Shown in pieces: positions 9,386 to 21,613 of a stretch of DNA of 64,000 nucleotides. The stretch is from Eledone cirrhosa (lineage: Eukaryota): NCBI GenBank assembly GCA_964016885.1, contig OZ024740.1, positions 234,608,001 through 234,672,000 of the forward strand. The letters are read 5' to 3'. The translations under genes were made by a program, and so were the position numbers. Below the pieces are notes generated by a model. That model was not told the origin of the DNA and made no database searches. It saw only the letters and a list, made by a program, of their open reading frames with translations. Within the stretch, counting starts at the first letter, position 1. Every line of letters begins with the position of its first letter.

Positions 9386-12300
9386 TTACAGATATATACT
9401 CAGAGTCGGCCCATTCACTCGGGCCATTCTTGCTTCTCTCACCCATCTTTCAACAAAATGCTGGGAAGAGAGCACTTCCTTCTCTACTCTGATTTTCCTT
9501 TTCAAATGAAATTTGAAAAAGTCAATCAGAGCATCACCGAAGAGGTAAGTGCTCGTCTTCAGCCCTTTCAAACGTGTCCACCATACTATCTCTTTCGCCA
9601 TGGCCACCAGACAGATAAAAACTGCCTGCCCTTCCCGGCTAAAGGAGGAGGGCGGGGCAATCCTCACGATAGACTCAGATGATAGCTGGATCCGTCCTAA
9701 ACGCGACAGCAGGTGTTCGACATAAACCCACAAGTCAGCAATTTTCGGACACTGGACGAGTGCGTGCAGGACGGTTTCGTCGCCCTGCGCGCATCTCGGA
9801 CATGCCCGGCTGACGGCACCTCCATGCCTGTAGAGTTTATCCCGAACTGGCAAGGCTCCTCGGTAGCACTGCCAGGCCAGAGATTTCTGGAAGTTGTCCA
9901 TAGGCCCTGGCCCGAAAGTTCTTCCGAAGAGATTGGCTAGTTGATTTTCGTCGACGCCTAGAGTTTCCCCAAGTACGTCGTCGCTCTTCCCCTCCACTAA
10001 TCCTCTATAGAACGCCGAGGTGGAGTTTCCACCGATCACATTGCCCGATTGGTCGAGGGCTGTGAGCGCCTGAAGACATTCCAGTCTCCAGGCGCTCCCT
10101 CTCGGTCTTCGCTTGACCCAGGACTGCAGCTCCGTCAAGGAAACGAGCTGGGGAAAAACGCGTCTAGCAAACGGCGACCACACCTGATCACCGTCGAGGA
10201 AGAGGTGGAGATGTCGTAGCCTGAGCGCGTGCCTGCGCATCATCAGCCACGGCATGCCCAGCCCTCCACGTAGCGGGTGTTGACAACAGATGGACCGCCT
10301 GACCATCGGAGCACGTCCCTTCCACAAAAAGCGAAAGAGCAAACGCTCCAGCGCAGTCAGGCGAGGCTTAGGACAAGGTACGACGGTTAGGCGGTAGCAG
10401 ATGACAGACGCGATGTACGCGTTAGCCACCTCCGCTCGACCTTTCAGGGATAGCTTCCTCTCCGCCCATTTCTGGGTGAGAGAAGCCACCCTGCTCGTCA
10501 CCTCGTCCCAGTTTTTGTCCGTCTGGAGGTCCGGACCGAACCAGACCCCTAGCAATTTAACCGGTCCGTCCGTCCAGCGCCCGACGACGCTGTTGGACGG
10601 CATGGACCTGCCTCTCCAGGTGCCGAGCTGCAGGCCCACTGACTTTTCCTGGTTGATCATTGCTCCTGTCACCGCTTCGTATTCTCTTAGTGTAGTGCCG
10701 ATCGCCTCGATGTGTTTGGCGTTCGACACCACTACGGTGACATCGTCCGCATATGCTGACACGGATCTTCCGCATCCTAGTTCGCGCGGGACTCCCCTCA
10801 ACGTCTCCAGTTTGTGCAGTAATGGCTCGAGAGTCAATACGTACAAGAGGGACGAGAGGGGACATCCTTGGCGGACCGAGCGCATGATGTTGAACGGTTC
10901 CGACAGGTGACCGTTCACTCTCACCACAGAGCAGATGTCGCTGTGCATGGCAGCGATCCAGCCTCTGAAGACGGGCCCAAAGCCAGCCGCCCTCAGGACT
11001 GCCGCTAGGTAACGATGGTCGACCCTATCGAAAGCTTTCGACTGATCTAAATTGATCAAGGACCCACCCGTGCCAGGTTCCCTAGCTACCCTCTCTACGA
11101 TGTATCGCATGAGGTGGAGGTTGTCGTGGATGGATCTGTCGGGAATGGCGCATGTCTGCGCCTCTCCCACCAGACCACCAACGACAAGCGCCAACCTCTT
11201 TGCTAGCACCTTGGCCAAAATCTTAAACTCTGTGTTTAGCAGAGTTATGGGCCGGAAATTGTCTATGTTATCCCCCTTGTTCGGATCCTTTCTCAGCAGT
11301 GCCACCGCTCCTCGGCTCACAGAACTGGGAATTCTCCCGTTCTGTTGCCAGTTGCAGTAGACGTCCGCCAAGAGGCCTCCGAACAAGTCTGGCATCTGTA
11401 CGTAAAGTTCATAGGGCAGACCATCCAAACCAGGCGATTTACCCCTTGTGCAGCCAGTCATTGCCTCCCGTACTTCAGCGGCTGTTATCGGCTTTTCGCA
11501 ACACTTCGCCTCAGTGGCCGAGAGCCGCGGCAGTCCGTCGAGGTAGACACTAAAGTCCATCCCTCTACCCGGCCCCCCGCTGCCCCCGAACAGCTGAGCG
11601 AAGTGTCGCTGAAAAGCTTCACACATTTGCCCGGGATCGAGTAGCATGCGCCCGTCGTGGTCCACCAAAGACCGGATCGTGGCTTTGTTGCCACGACGCG
11701 CCTCCGCCACTCGGGCCCATTGAACGGCTTTCGTCCCCTCGTGTCTGAGAGCACGCACCCTAGCTCTGACAACGCAGCCTTCGTGCTTTGCATTGAAGAA
11801 TTGGTCAAGGGCCAATTTCGCCGCAAGCACGTCGGTCGCAATGCCTTTGCTAAGCGCCTCGTCTAATTTTCTAACTAGTTCTCCCTCTGCTCTATTTTTC
11901 TCTATTGCTAAAGCCTTACTAAACCTAATCGATTCTATTCTAATCGCTCTTTTCAGAGCAAACCACCACTTGTTGTTGACGATGGCCCCCGTCAACGCCC
12001 GCTTAACTAGTTCGCTAATCCGGTCTCTGTAGGCCTTGCGCGCTGGTAAGGACGCGTTTAGCTTCCAGTAGCCGGGTCCTCGTCTATGAAGCCTATCTAA
12101 GTCAAGCACACAGATCACGAATTTGTGGTCCGTGTAGCTGACTATCTTGAATTGTGGACAGCCTATGCTAGACCTATCTATTTCCCTACAAAATACTCTA
12201 TCTAGATATGATCTGGATGACCCTATGCGGTTTGTCCAAGTCCACATTGGCACATTCGGGAAATCCAATCGGTACCTGTCAGACAGTTCAAAACGCCTGA

Positions 12301-12805
12301 GCAGGTTGGTGAGGCTCTTGCACCCTCCACCCCTATCCGCTAATCCCACACAGTCCCAGCGTGCATCTAAGATCCCGTTCCAGTCGCCCACTAACACTAA
12401 AGAGCGGGACGTTCCAAGAAAGGTCTCCAGACGCCGGAAGAAATCAGGCCGCCCTGCTCCTGTCGGGGCATAGACGGCCACTAGCCTGAAAGCTTGCCCG
12501 TCTCCGCTGGTCACGTCCAGCACCACCAGCTTACCCTCTGGGTCCAGGAAGATGGCCCGTATGGCGAGATCCAAACCTCTCCGAAAAAGCACAGCAACTC
12601 CTCCACCGGATCCAGGACGGCTGGGAGATGCGTACACATCGAAGCCGCCGAAGATCGGTGCGAAGGCCCGTGCTTCGGAGATTCTGGTCTCGCTGATGGC
12701 CACTACATCTATGTTTAGTGACCTGAGGTCGTTGAGCAGGTGACCCTGCTTCCATGACGACCCCAAGCCACGCGCATTTATGCTGCCTATTCTGAGTGAG
12801 GTCAT
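9386..12805 (-). CDS. Tx1 ORF2p, copy 3
   Basis: 1139 aa, intact; two visible amino-acid differences from copy 2. Confidence 0.96.
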   Translation of the reverse strand: MTSLRIGSINARGLGSSWKQGHLLNDLRSLNIDVVAISETRISEARAFAPIFGGFDVYASPSRPGSGGGVAVLFRRGLDLAIRAIFLDPEGKLVVLDVTSGDGQAFRLVAVYAPTGAGRPDFFRRLETFLGTSRSLVLVGDWNGILDARWDCVGLADRGGGCKSLTNLLRRFELSDRYRLDFPNVPMWTWTNRIGSSRSYLDRVFCREIDRSSIGCPQFKIVSYTDHKFVICVLDLDRLHRRGPGYWKLNASLPARKAYRDRISELVKRALTGAIVNNKWWFALKRAIRIESIRFSKALAIEKNRAEGELVRKLDEALSKGIATDVLAAKLALDQFFNAKHEGCVVRARVRALRHEGTKAVQWARVAEARRGNKATIRSLVDHDGRMLLDPGQMCEAFQRHFAQLFGGSGGPGRGMDFSVYLDGLPRLSATEAKCCEKPITAAEVREAMTGCTRGKSPGLDGLPYELYVQMPDLFGGLLADVYCNWQQNGRIPSSVSRGAVALLRKDPNKGDNIDNFRPITLLNTEFKILAKVLAKRLALVVGGLVGEAQTCAIPDRSIHDNLHLMRYIVERVAREPGTGGSLINLDQSKAFDRVDHRYLAAVLRAAGFGPVFRGWIAAMHSDICSVVRVNGHLSEPFNIMRSVRQGCPLSSLLYVLTLEPLLHKLETLRGVPRELGCGRSVSAYADDVTVVVSNAKHIEAIGTTLREYEAVTGAMINQEKSVGLQLGTWRGRSMPSNSVVGRWTDGPVKLLGVWFGPDLQTDKNWDEVTSRVASLTQKWAERKLSLKGRAEVANAYIASVICYRLTVVPCPKPRLTALERLLFRFLWKGRAPMVRRSICCQHPLRGGLGMPWLMMRRHALRLRHLHLFLDGDQVWSPFARRVFPQLVSLTELQSWVKRRPRGSAWRLECLQALTALDQSGNVIGGNSTSAFYRGLVEGKSDDVLGETLGVDENQLANLFGRTFGPGPMDNFQKSLAWQCYRGALPVRDKLYRHGGAVSRACPRCAQGDETVLHALVQCPKIADLWVYVEHLLSRLGRIQLSSESIVRIAPPSSFSREGQAVFICLVAMAKEIVWWTRLKGLKTSTYLFGDALIDFFKFHLKRKIRVEKEVLSSQHFVERWVREARMARVNGPTLSIYL

Positions 12806-12840
12806 GTTTAAAATAGAGTGGAAAAGATGGGAAAGACCAC

Positions 12841-14982
12841 TTACCGTACTTTTGGTAGAGGAGGGATGGTTTTTACATCCCTTTTCACTTGATCGTCTGG
12901 TGAAGGGACCGTTGAATCGTCCCTTCGGCTGGTCGTCGGCTCTTCTAAGAGAATGTCTGAGTATACTCTTCGATTGATGGTTCCTCCTAGGTCCCTGAAA
13001 TCACCAACTGCGTTGGGGAATTTCGTTTTAATATTTGTGTATTGTTTCTGTGCTATTTTTAGCAGTCTTATGTTAGTTGGCGTTTTGATTGGTGCTGGTA
13101 TTATGTAGTCCTGTTGTGAAATGTCTGTGTGTTCAATTATGTAAGTCATTAGTTTCTTGTTGTGTGTATTTATTGCCGTGCATTTGTTTTTCTGGGGGTG
13201 GGGTGTGGTTCTGCTATTTTCTTGTCGTTGTTGCTGGGTGTGTGTGTTTTGTTGTTGTGTTTGCGATGTTGGTGCTTGTGGTGGTGGTGTTGAAGGTGTT
13301 GTTGGCGGTGGGGTTGTCGCCGGTGGTGATGGTGGTGCTGGTGTGGGTGGTGATGGTGTTGGTGGTGTTGCTGCTGTGGGTCTCTTTGCAGTAGACTTTA
13401 CCCTTTTCTCATTTCTTTCCTCCCTTTTCAAAGGCGACGATGCGCTGCTTCTGCGTTTGTGCCTTCTTGAGACCTTTTGCCATCCCTCTCCCACCTCACA
13501 CTCCATGTCTGATTCTGTAAGGTCGGGGAGGGGTACCAGCTCCACTCTTTCACTTGTTGTTGTTGGTGATGTTTGCACTGGAGTCTCTGTTGCAGCTGCA
13601 TTTGGTATTGCTGTTGTTGTTGTTAATATTTCCACTGCTGCTGCTGTCTTTGATTTCCGTGGAGTGGGTATGGGTGCCACGGACCTATCGTTCCTGGTTG
13701 CCGCTTGTCCTGTTGCTGGTAGCCGTGGAGCCGGATTCGGAAGGAGGGGGGTTTTCTCCTTTCTCAGGGTCTTCTCGTTGCAGAAGGCCCTGAGGTGAGT
13801 CTTCGATCCACAGCGAAAGCATTTCGGGCGTTTGCCCTCAACACTTATGGGAAGTTGAGTGCCGTTATCGAAGTCTATCACATCCGGGATAGCTTCGATG
13901 CACTCCTGGTTGGTTTGGATTAGCATCTCAATGGAGGAGCCGACCCAATCTTCTCTTACTTTTTTCTGTACTTGCAGTACAGTTGTTTTGTCCTCGATTC
14001 CGACGAGGACAGACGCGGCCAGCCAAGAAGGGGTCATTCCGGGGGGGACGTGGGTCAGTTTGACCCTCACAATTTTTTGCCCACAGTAGGAGGGCACCAA
14101 CACCATTTCCTCGCTCCTTAGGGTCACTACTGATTGGGCCTTTGCCTCCTGGGGTGTGGCAAAAAGTACGTCTACGGTGGCATATTTTTTGCCTCGGGTG
14201 ATGTGCGTTTTCCGCTGCCACACAGACCCCAAGGCTTTTTGTATTTGGGCCTCTGTGGCTCTTTCCACCCTACGGGATTTTGTACTTACTGTACGGTACG
14301 TGACCGTACAGTGCTCTTGGGTTTCGAAAAAATTTTTCGCTGCCTTGCAGATTGCTCGGTGTCCGTTCTTTGTCACCATCTTCTTCGCTTCCTCTAATTC
14401 CTCATTTGTTATGAGGATTGTTTCCAAATTTTTCGCAATACCTGCAAATGAGATTGGTTTTTCTCTGCTGTTGTTGTTGTCGTCAGAGCTGCTGGTACTT
14501 TTGTTGTTGCTGCAGGTACTACGACTACTGCCTCCGCCGCTGTTGCTGTGGTTGTTGTTGGTGTTGCTGCTGCTAATGCTGTTGTTGTTTATGCTGCTGG
14601 TGATGCTGTTGCGGCTGCTACTGTTGTTTTCATTGTCACTGTTGCTGTTGTTATTACGGCTGCTACTGCTATTATTCCTGACGTCAGACGAATGAACTGG
14701 GTTTTCGTATTTCCCGCACACCTGTTTCGTCGCTGTCGTCGTCGTCGTGGAGAAACCTTGCACGCTTTGCACGAGACTTTTCTTTTCTTTCGTCACTTGC
14801 GAAAGAGAAGGGAGGGAGAGAGACACATTTAAAGAAGGGAGGGAGAGAGACAATCTTCTCTCTGCTGTAGTGATGATTGAGGAAGAAGAAGACGGAATGA
14901 GTGGGAGTGACGTATGAAATTTTTTTTTTTTTGGTAGCCATGTTTTTTTGTTTAAAATGAAATTTTGGGTACAAAACCCCAA
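12841..14982 (-). CDS. Tx1 ORF1p, copy 3
   Basis: 713 codons; four visible amino-acid differences from copies 1 and 2. Confidence 0.85.
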   Translation of the reverse strand: MGFCTQNFILNKKTWLPKKKKFHTSLPLIPSSSSSIITTAERRLSLSLPSLNVSLSLPSLSQVTKEKKSLVQSVQGFSTTTTTATKQVCGKYENPVHSSDVRNNSSSSRNNNSNSDNENNSSSRNSITSSINNNSISSSNTNNNHSNSGGGSSRSTCSNNKSTSSSDDNNNSREKPISFAGIAKNLETILITNEELEEAKKMVTKNGHRAICKAAKNFFETQEHCTVTYRTVSTKSRRVERATEAQIQKALGSVWQRKTHITRGKKYATVDVLFATPQEAKAQSVVTLRSEEMVLVPSYCGQKIVRVKLTHVPPGMTPSWLAASVLVGIEDKTTVLQVQKKVREDWVGSSIEMLIQTNQECIEAIPDVIDFDNGTQLPISVEGKRPKCFRCGSKTHLRAFCNEKTLRKEKTPLLPNPAPRLPATGQAATRNDRSVAPIPTPRKSKTAAAVEILTTTTAIPNAAATETPVQTSPTTTSERVELVPLPDLTESDMECEVGEGWQKVSRRHKRRSSASSPLKREERNEKRVKSTAKRPTAATPPTPSPPTPAPPSPPATTPPPTTPSTPPPQAPTSQTQQQNTHTQQQRQENSRTTPHPQKNKCTAINTHNKKLMTYIIEHTDISQQDYIIPAPIKTPTNIRLLKIAQKQYTNIKTKFPNAVGDFRDLGGTINRRVYSDILLEEPTTSRRDDSTVPSPDDQVKRDVKTIPPLPKVR

Positions 14983-15154
14983 TAACTGGCTATTTAACCC
15001 CGAAGGGCCAAATAACGGACAGAAAGACCCCTCTCACGAGGAGGAGGGTGTCTTTATCAACAATTTGGTTCAAGTTTTAAACAATTTACAATTGTTTTAA
15101 CGGTTAAAAATTACTATACCTTACAGAGCCGAGCCTCCGTCAACCATGGCATTC

Positions 15155-15187
<33 letters not shown>

Positions 15188-15214
15188 AAAAAAAAAAAAA
15201 AAAAAAAAGGGAAA

Positions 15215-15251
<37 letters not shown>

Positions 15252-15373
15252 TATACATATATATATATATACACGTATATATACACACACACATACATAC
15301 ACATACATACATATATACACACACACATACATACACATACACTCACACATATATACACACATACATTAATAAC

Positions 15374-15425
<52 letters not shown>
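15155..15425. repeat. Second copy of the spacer (genomic 5' flank of the array)
   Basis: Matches 8866-9122, with slightly different repeat tract lengths. Confidence 0.9.
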
Positions 15426-15504
15426 GCAATAATAATAATAACGACAACAACAATAATAATATACATATTCATATATATATACACACACACGCACGCACAT
15501 AAGC

Positions 15505-15542
<38 letters not shown>

Positions 15543-15630
15543 GATAGCAACTAACAGTGCTGCGATCGAATGTGGCTTTTTAGCCCAGCCAATGATCTAA
15601 AATGTCTTGCACAGAGTCGGCAACCAAAAC

Positions 15631-15660
<30 letters not shown>

Positions 15661-15662
<2 letters not shown>

Positions 15663-15829
15663 GGTGGCTGCCAACTCGTTTTCGAGTACGGCCACTACTT
15701 TACATCCATGTAGGAGAACCCCTACCGATGGGCTGAACGAGTGTGACTTTTTAGTCCAGCCAACGACTTGAAAACTCTGGTACAAACACTACACTTGTGA
15801 CAATTATTGACACATAGTGCTGGGCCCAT
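15661..15829 (-). mobile_element. RTE-type 3' fragment in (CATA)n
   Basis: Encodes the C2H2 finger CSVCTRVFKSLAGLKSHTRSAH* and ends CTCGAAAACGAGTTGGCAGCCACCAT. Confidence 0.7.
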
Positions 15830-15909
15830 ACATACATACATACATACATACATACATACATACATACATACATACATACATACATACATACATACATACA
15901 TACATACAT

Positions 15910-16203
15910 AGGAGTTTACAAATCCAGTATCCAAGATACACCTTTAGCTTCATACCCGTCATTATTGGTGCTACGGGTTATATACCAACCCGCTTGGACC
16001 AAAGTATGACCGAACTTGGATTTGCGGACAAAAAGCGCAGCTCCCTAATTCATAGTCTACAAATGGCTGCGATAGCTGGCACCTTCAAAATTTGCAAAAC
16101 ATTCTTGCGATTCAAGGGATGACAATTTCTTTTCTTTTACAACCTTGCCACCAGGAAGGTGGCCGGTCAAAAAAATATACTCGAAATTAAGAGAAAGAGA
16201 AAA
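15910..16203 (+). mobile_element. R4/Dong-clade 3' fragment in (CATA)n
   Basis: RSLQIQYPRYTFSFIPVIIGATGY is the C-terminus of the restriction-like endonuclease. Near-identical to 46426-46873 and 46885-47172. Confidence 0.75.
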
Positions 16204-16245
16204 CATACATACATACATACATACATACATACATACATACATACA

Positions 16246-16733
16246 TGGTGGCTGCCAACTCGTTTTCGAGTACGGCCACTACTTTACATCCATGTAGGAT
16301 AACCCCTACCGAAGCGCTGAACGAGTGTGACTTTTTAGTCCAGCCAGCGACTTGAAACCTCTGGTACAAACACTACACCTGTGACAATCATTGACACATA
16401 GTGCTAGGCCCATGGTAGGACAATTATTGACACATAGTGCTGGGCCCATGTGAGGACAAGTGCAGAGAGATCTCCAGATATAAAGCAATGCCTGTGCCGT
16501 GAAGCTTTTATAGTGAGCAAAGGCACTGCACAAAGCCAGTCCCACTCTCTTAACCAAGATGCTATTTACCAAAAAGAAGAACAAGTCAACATCATTGGAT
16601 ACCATCAGGGTTGCAGGTGTTATATCAGAGTTTTCCTTCTCCTAGAATTCTGCCTTGACTAAGGCTAAAGGGGTCATCTCTCCCGGTGATTTTGGATGGC
16701 CATTGACTCTTAAGAGCTCCTTTGCCCTTTGAC
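16246..16733 (-). mobile_element. Bipartite non-autonomous RTE-derived element (5' truncated)
   Basis: Non-coding 5' part joined to the zinc-finger 3' end; same junction region as the 27146, 37066 and 43008 copies. Confidence 0.65.
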
Positions 16734-16746
16734 ATACATACATACA

Positions 16747-16777
<31 letters not shown>

Positions 16778-17125
16778 GTCAAAGAGGTAAAAAAAAGGAT
16801 TAACACGGATAGCTGATATAATAGGTTTTATTCAAAGCATAAACACGTTTCATCTCCGGGTTTTAAATTGATTTTTGTCTTGCAACTGCTATCCTCAATA
16901 ATCAATTGACAATTGTGAAAACTGGATTTTAAGTACAAAAAACAATACAACGTGGCTGGCGAATTTTCAAATCACAGTACCCCCGTTTACCTATCTATAT
17001 ATATATATACGGCATGGTTGGCCACAGGCAAGTCCCTGGCAGGACTAAATAGTCAAGTATCAAGCGATGGCATTTCTCGAAATCGAGTGCTAGCCATCAT
17101 GTATAAATATATATATATATATATA

Positions 17126-17466
17126 CAGTGTATCACTGGCATTTGAGGTCCCGGCGTTCGCGATCCAGGTTATTCACAGAATTTTCCTTAGATCCTATCT
17201 AATAATTATTCGTGGAAACCACCGCATATTCGCGAAATCGTAAATATCTTACGCGATTTTTTATGACTTTTTCGTGTCAATATATATTTTTTCACGATTT
17301 TTAACACCAAATTATTACTAACAATATACCGTATTTACCGGCCTATATTTTACGTTATGTTTTGACGTTTATAGGCATTTTTATGAACCACGTCCAATGT
17401 TCGCGGTTTTTCACTCTTCGTGGGTGTTCTTGGAACTTAACCTCCGCGAATACCGGGAGATAACTG
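17126..17466. mobile_element. Tc1/mariner (Tigger-like) MITE, degenerate
   Basis: TA|CAGTGTATCACTGGCATTTG...CGAATACCGGGAGATAACTG|TA imperfect terminal inverted repeats. Confidence 0.55.
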
Positions 17467-17513
<47 letters not shown>

Positions 17514-17599
17514 ATGTGTGTGTGTATACACATACATGCACTTGAGCCAATACATTAACCTGCTATAAATAGGCACTATATCTCCGTCAAAACACACTC

Positions 17600-18824
17600 C
17601 ATGTACCTTGATATATAGTAATTATTTTGAGTATATTCTTGCCTGGAGGTGAGGGTGTAAATAATTGTTTCTACTTTAGGCATAAGGCCAGCAATAACGC
17701 CAGTGTATTACTGGTACTTTATTTTATCGACCCCGTAAGGATGAAAGACAAAGTTAACCTTGGCGTGATTTGAACTCAGATCATAAAGGGCCGTAACTCT
17801 TTGCTGCAAAGCATGGCGTCCGACCCTCTATCGATATTGCCAATCCACCACCCTTAAACACATTAAATAATTGTTTCTACTTTAGGCACAAGGCCAGCAA
17901 TTACCCAGTGCATTACTGGTACTTTATTTTATCGACCCCGTAAGGATGAAAGGCAAAGTCAACCTCGGCGGGATTTGAACTCAGATCGTAAAGGGACGTA
18001 ACTATGCTGGAAAGCATGGCGTTCGACCCTCTACCGATACTGCCAATCCACCTTACACACATTAAATAATGTAATCCTATACTGATACATCGTGTCTGTA
18101 TAAAAGATGACAAGAGAGAATGATAGAGAAAAGGACGGATTGTCTCAGCCGGAATATTTCAATCATAGGTTTCTAAAATCAGTGCTGATCTCCAACAAGC
18201 AGCAACAATGACTATAAATGTAAAAATATTCTACGTCAGGTAATTCTCAAAACTTTATCCTCCCCGCCGCTGGTGCTATTGCATTATTTACACCCACGCA
18301 GTATCGGTAGAGGGTCGGACGCCATGCTTTCCATCACAGTTACGTCCCTTTACGATCTGAGTTCAAATCCCGCTGAGCTTGACTTTGCCTTTCATCCTTA
18401 CGGGGTCGATAAAATAAAGTACCAGTAATGCACTGGGTAATTGCTGGCCTTGTGCCTAAAGTAGAAACAATTATTTAATGTGTTTAAGGGTGGTGGATTG
18501 GCAATATCGGTAAGGGTCGGACGCCATGCTTTGCAGCAAAGAGTTACGGCCCTTTATGATCTGAGTTCAAATCACGCCAAGGTTAACTTTGCCTTTCATC
18601 CTTACGGGGTCGATAAAATAAAGTACCAGTAATGCACTGGGGTCATTGATGGCCTTGTGCCTAAAGTAGAAACAATTATTTCATCCTTACGGGGTCGATA
18701 AAATAAAGTACCAGTAATGCACTGGATAATTGCTGGCCTTGTGCCTAAAGTAGAAACAATTATTTACACCCTGACGTCCAGGCAAGAATATACTCAAAAT
18801 AATTACTATATATCAAGGCACATG
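17600..18824. repeat. Large inverted repeat built from tandem tRNA-SINE pairs plus unique flank
   Basis: 17600-18043 is the imperfect reverse complement of 18298-18824, including ~60 bp of non-SINE flank and the inter-SINE spacer. Confidence 0.8.
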
Positions 18825-18910
18825 ACATTGCCAAACACTGGATCTTTAAGACTTTAAGATAAGGTGTTAGCGCTGTAGTGCACTAAAGCACACACACCCT
18901 ACACCCCCCA

Positions 18911-19032
<122 letters not shown>

Positions 19033-19036
19033 CGTA

Positions 19037-19074
<38 letters not shown>

Positions 19075-19075
19075 C

Positions 19076-19807
<732 letters not shown>

Positions 19808-19916
19808 TATTAAGTTACACATATTCATTATATATATATATATATTTACCCTATTAACTTACACATATTCATTATATATATATATATATTTACCCTATTA
19901 ACTTACACATATTCAT

Positions 19917-19947
<31 letters not shown>

Positions 19948-19996
19948 AATATGTGTAAGTCAATAGAGTAAATTTACCTTCGTTTATTCATATTCG

Positions 19997-20055
19997 CTGC
20001 TATATATATATTTCAGTGATACCCATTATTCAACAGCTATGACCTCATCAGGCAG
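19997..20055 (-). ncRNA. Type I hammerhead ribozyme motif (intact core)
   Basis: CUGC-CUGAUGA-helix II-GAAA-UAUAUAUA-UA/GCAG. Helix I is CUGC/GCAG and helix III is palindromic. Confidence 0.75.
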
Positions 20056-20170
20056 TTAGAACTTGAACAGAAAAAAACAGGAAAACATAATGTTGTAATA
20101 GATTTTACCTTGTTAATCCATCGATATGCTTAGATCTAGAGTGTGGTGTTAGTCCTCTAAGGAACTGAAA

Positions 20171-20214
<44 letters not shown>

Positions 20215-20218
20215 ATAT

Positions 20219-20832
20219 TGTTATATTTGTGGAGGATCATATTGTTATAATATTGCCAGAAATAGTAATAAAACACACTTACTGTTTGGTTTGGATTGGT
20301 TTTCGCTTCTGTATATTTTATATTCCTATAGTTAATTTATCTGGCAATCAATGTTTATCATTGATTGACAAACGGTTAAAAATATAGATATAAATATATA
20401 TATATAGTCTATCAAACTTCTTTCCTCCCGTTGTATTGTAATGTGTACTCCATTTTTATTTTTATTTATTTACTTATTTATTTTTGTCTCTGTTTGCGCA
20501 TGCGTTTGTGTGTTTTCAAGAATAAATAAATAAATAAATAAATAAAAATATAAATGGAGTAAACATTACGATACAAGGGGAGGAAACATAATAGTACCAC
20601 TGATGATGTCACAGGTGTGTGATGAAAGAACTTTGATAGACTATATATATATATATTTGTATCTATATTTTTAATCGTTTGACAATCAATGATAAACATT
20701 GATTGCCAGCTAAATTAACTACAAGGATATAAAATATACAGAAACGAAAACCAATCCAAACCAGACAGTAAGTGTGTTTTATTATTATTTCTGGCAATAT
20801 TATAACAATATGACCCTCCCCAAATATAACAA
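20219..20832. mobile_element. Inverted pair of PLE terminal-repeat fragments with an HHR motif at 20595-20638 (+)
   Basis: 20219-20480 is inverted relative to 20521-20832. CTGATGA-T-GTCACA-GGTG-TGTGAT-GAAA-GAAC-TT. The terminus TGTTATATTTGGGAGGGTCAT is shared with 23368, 32618, 40144, 41350 and 62007. Confidence 0.65.
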
Positions 20833-20934
20833 TATATAACAATCTATCTTCTACTTTTGTTATATTTTTATCGTTCATTACATACACATATATATGAATT
20901 TGTATATTTGTGTGCTTTTCCACTCCTATATATT

Positions 20935-20966
<32 letters not shown>

Positions 20967-21239
20967 AGCGTGTATGTGTGTGTGTGTATGTGTGTGTGCG
21001 AGCGTGTATGTGTGTTTGTGTATATATGCGTGAACATATATATATATTTGTGTATATATGCGTGTATATATATATATATTTGTGAGCTTTTCCATGCCTA
21101 TATGTGTGTGCGCGCGTGTGCGTGCGTGTGTGTTTCTGTGTCTGCGTGTGTGTCTGTGTGCGAGCGTGTGTGTGTGTGTGTATATATATGCATGTACATA
21201 TATATATATATATTTGTATATTTATGAGCTTTTCTATGC

Positions 21240-21270
<31 letters not shown>

Positions 21271-21613
21271 TCGTGTGTGTGTGTATGTGTGTGTGTGGGT
21301 GTGTGTGTGTGTGTGTGTGTATGTGTGTGTGTGTAAACATATACGTTACAAGTGAGAAACAGAGAGGGGGAGCAATGGGAATTGGAGATGATGAGGAAAG
21401 GAAATACGATTAAATAATCAACGCAGTATGTAAGAATGAGGGCGGGAGGTAGCTCAATGGGAAGGCGGTGAGTTGTTATGACAACCAGCCTGTACAGTGT
21501 CGAACACACAGACACAGCTTGATCGCTGCACTGTTTTTCTTATTTTATTTGTAACGTGCAGTACACGTGTTGAGGTTTGCTTGTTTACGGTTTATTAAGT
21601 TATATTAAGTTTA

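Larger units (their letters stand above)
9123..15154 (-). mobile_element. Tx1-clade non-LTR retrotransposon, copy 3, full length (6032 bp)
   Basis: 6289-bp offset from copy 2, with scattered substitutions (for example ORF2 GGYD>GGFD and ECFQ>ECLQ). Confidence 0.95.

Noticed and set aside
747-14832. Many plus-strand ORFs overlapping the Tx1 copies
   Set aside because: Antisense shadows of ORF1 and ORF2 low-complexity or GC-rich regions, with no motifs.
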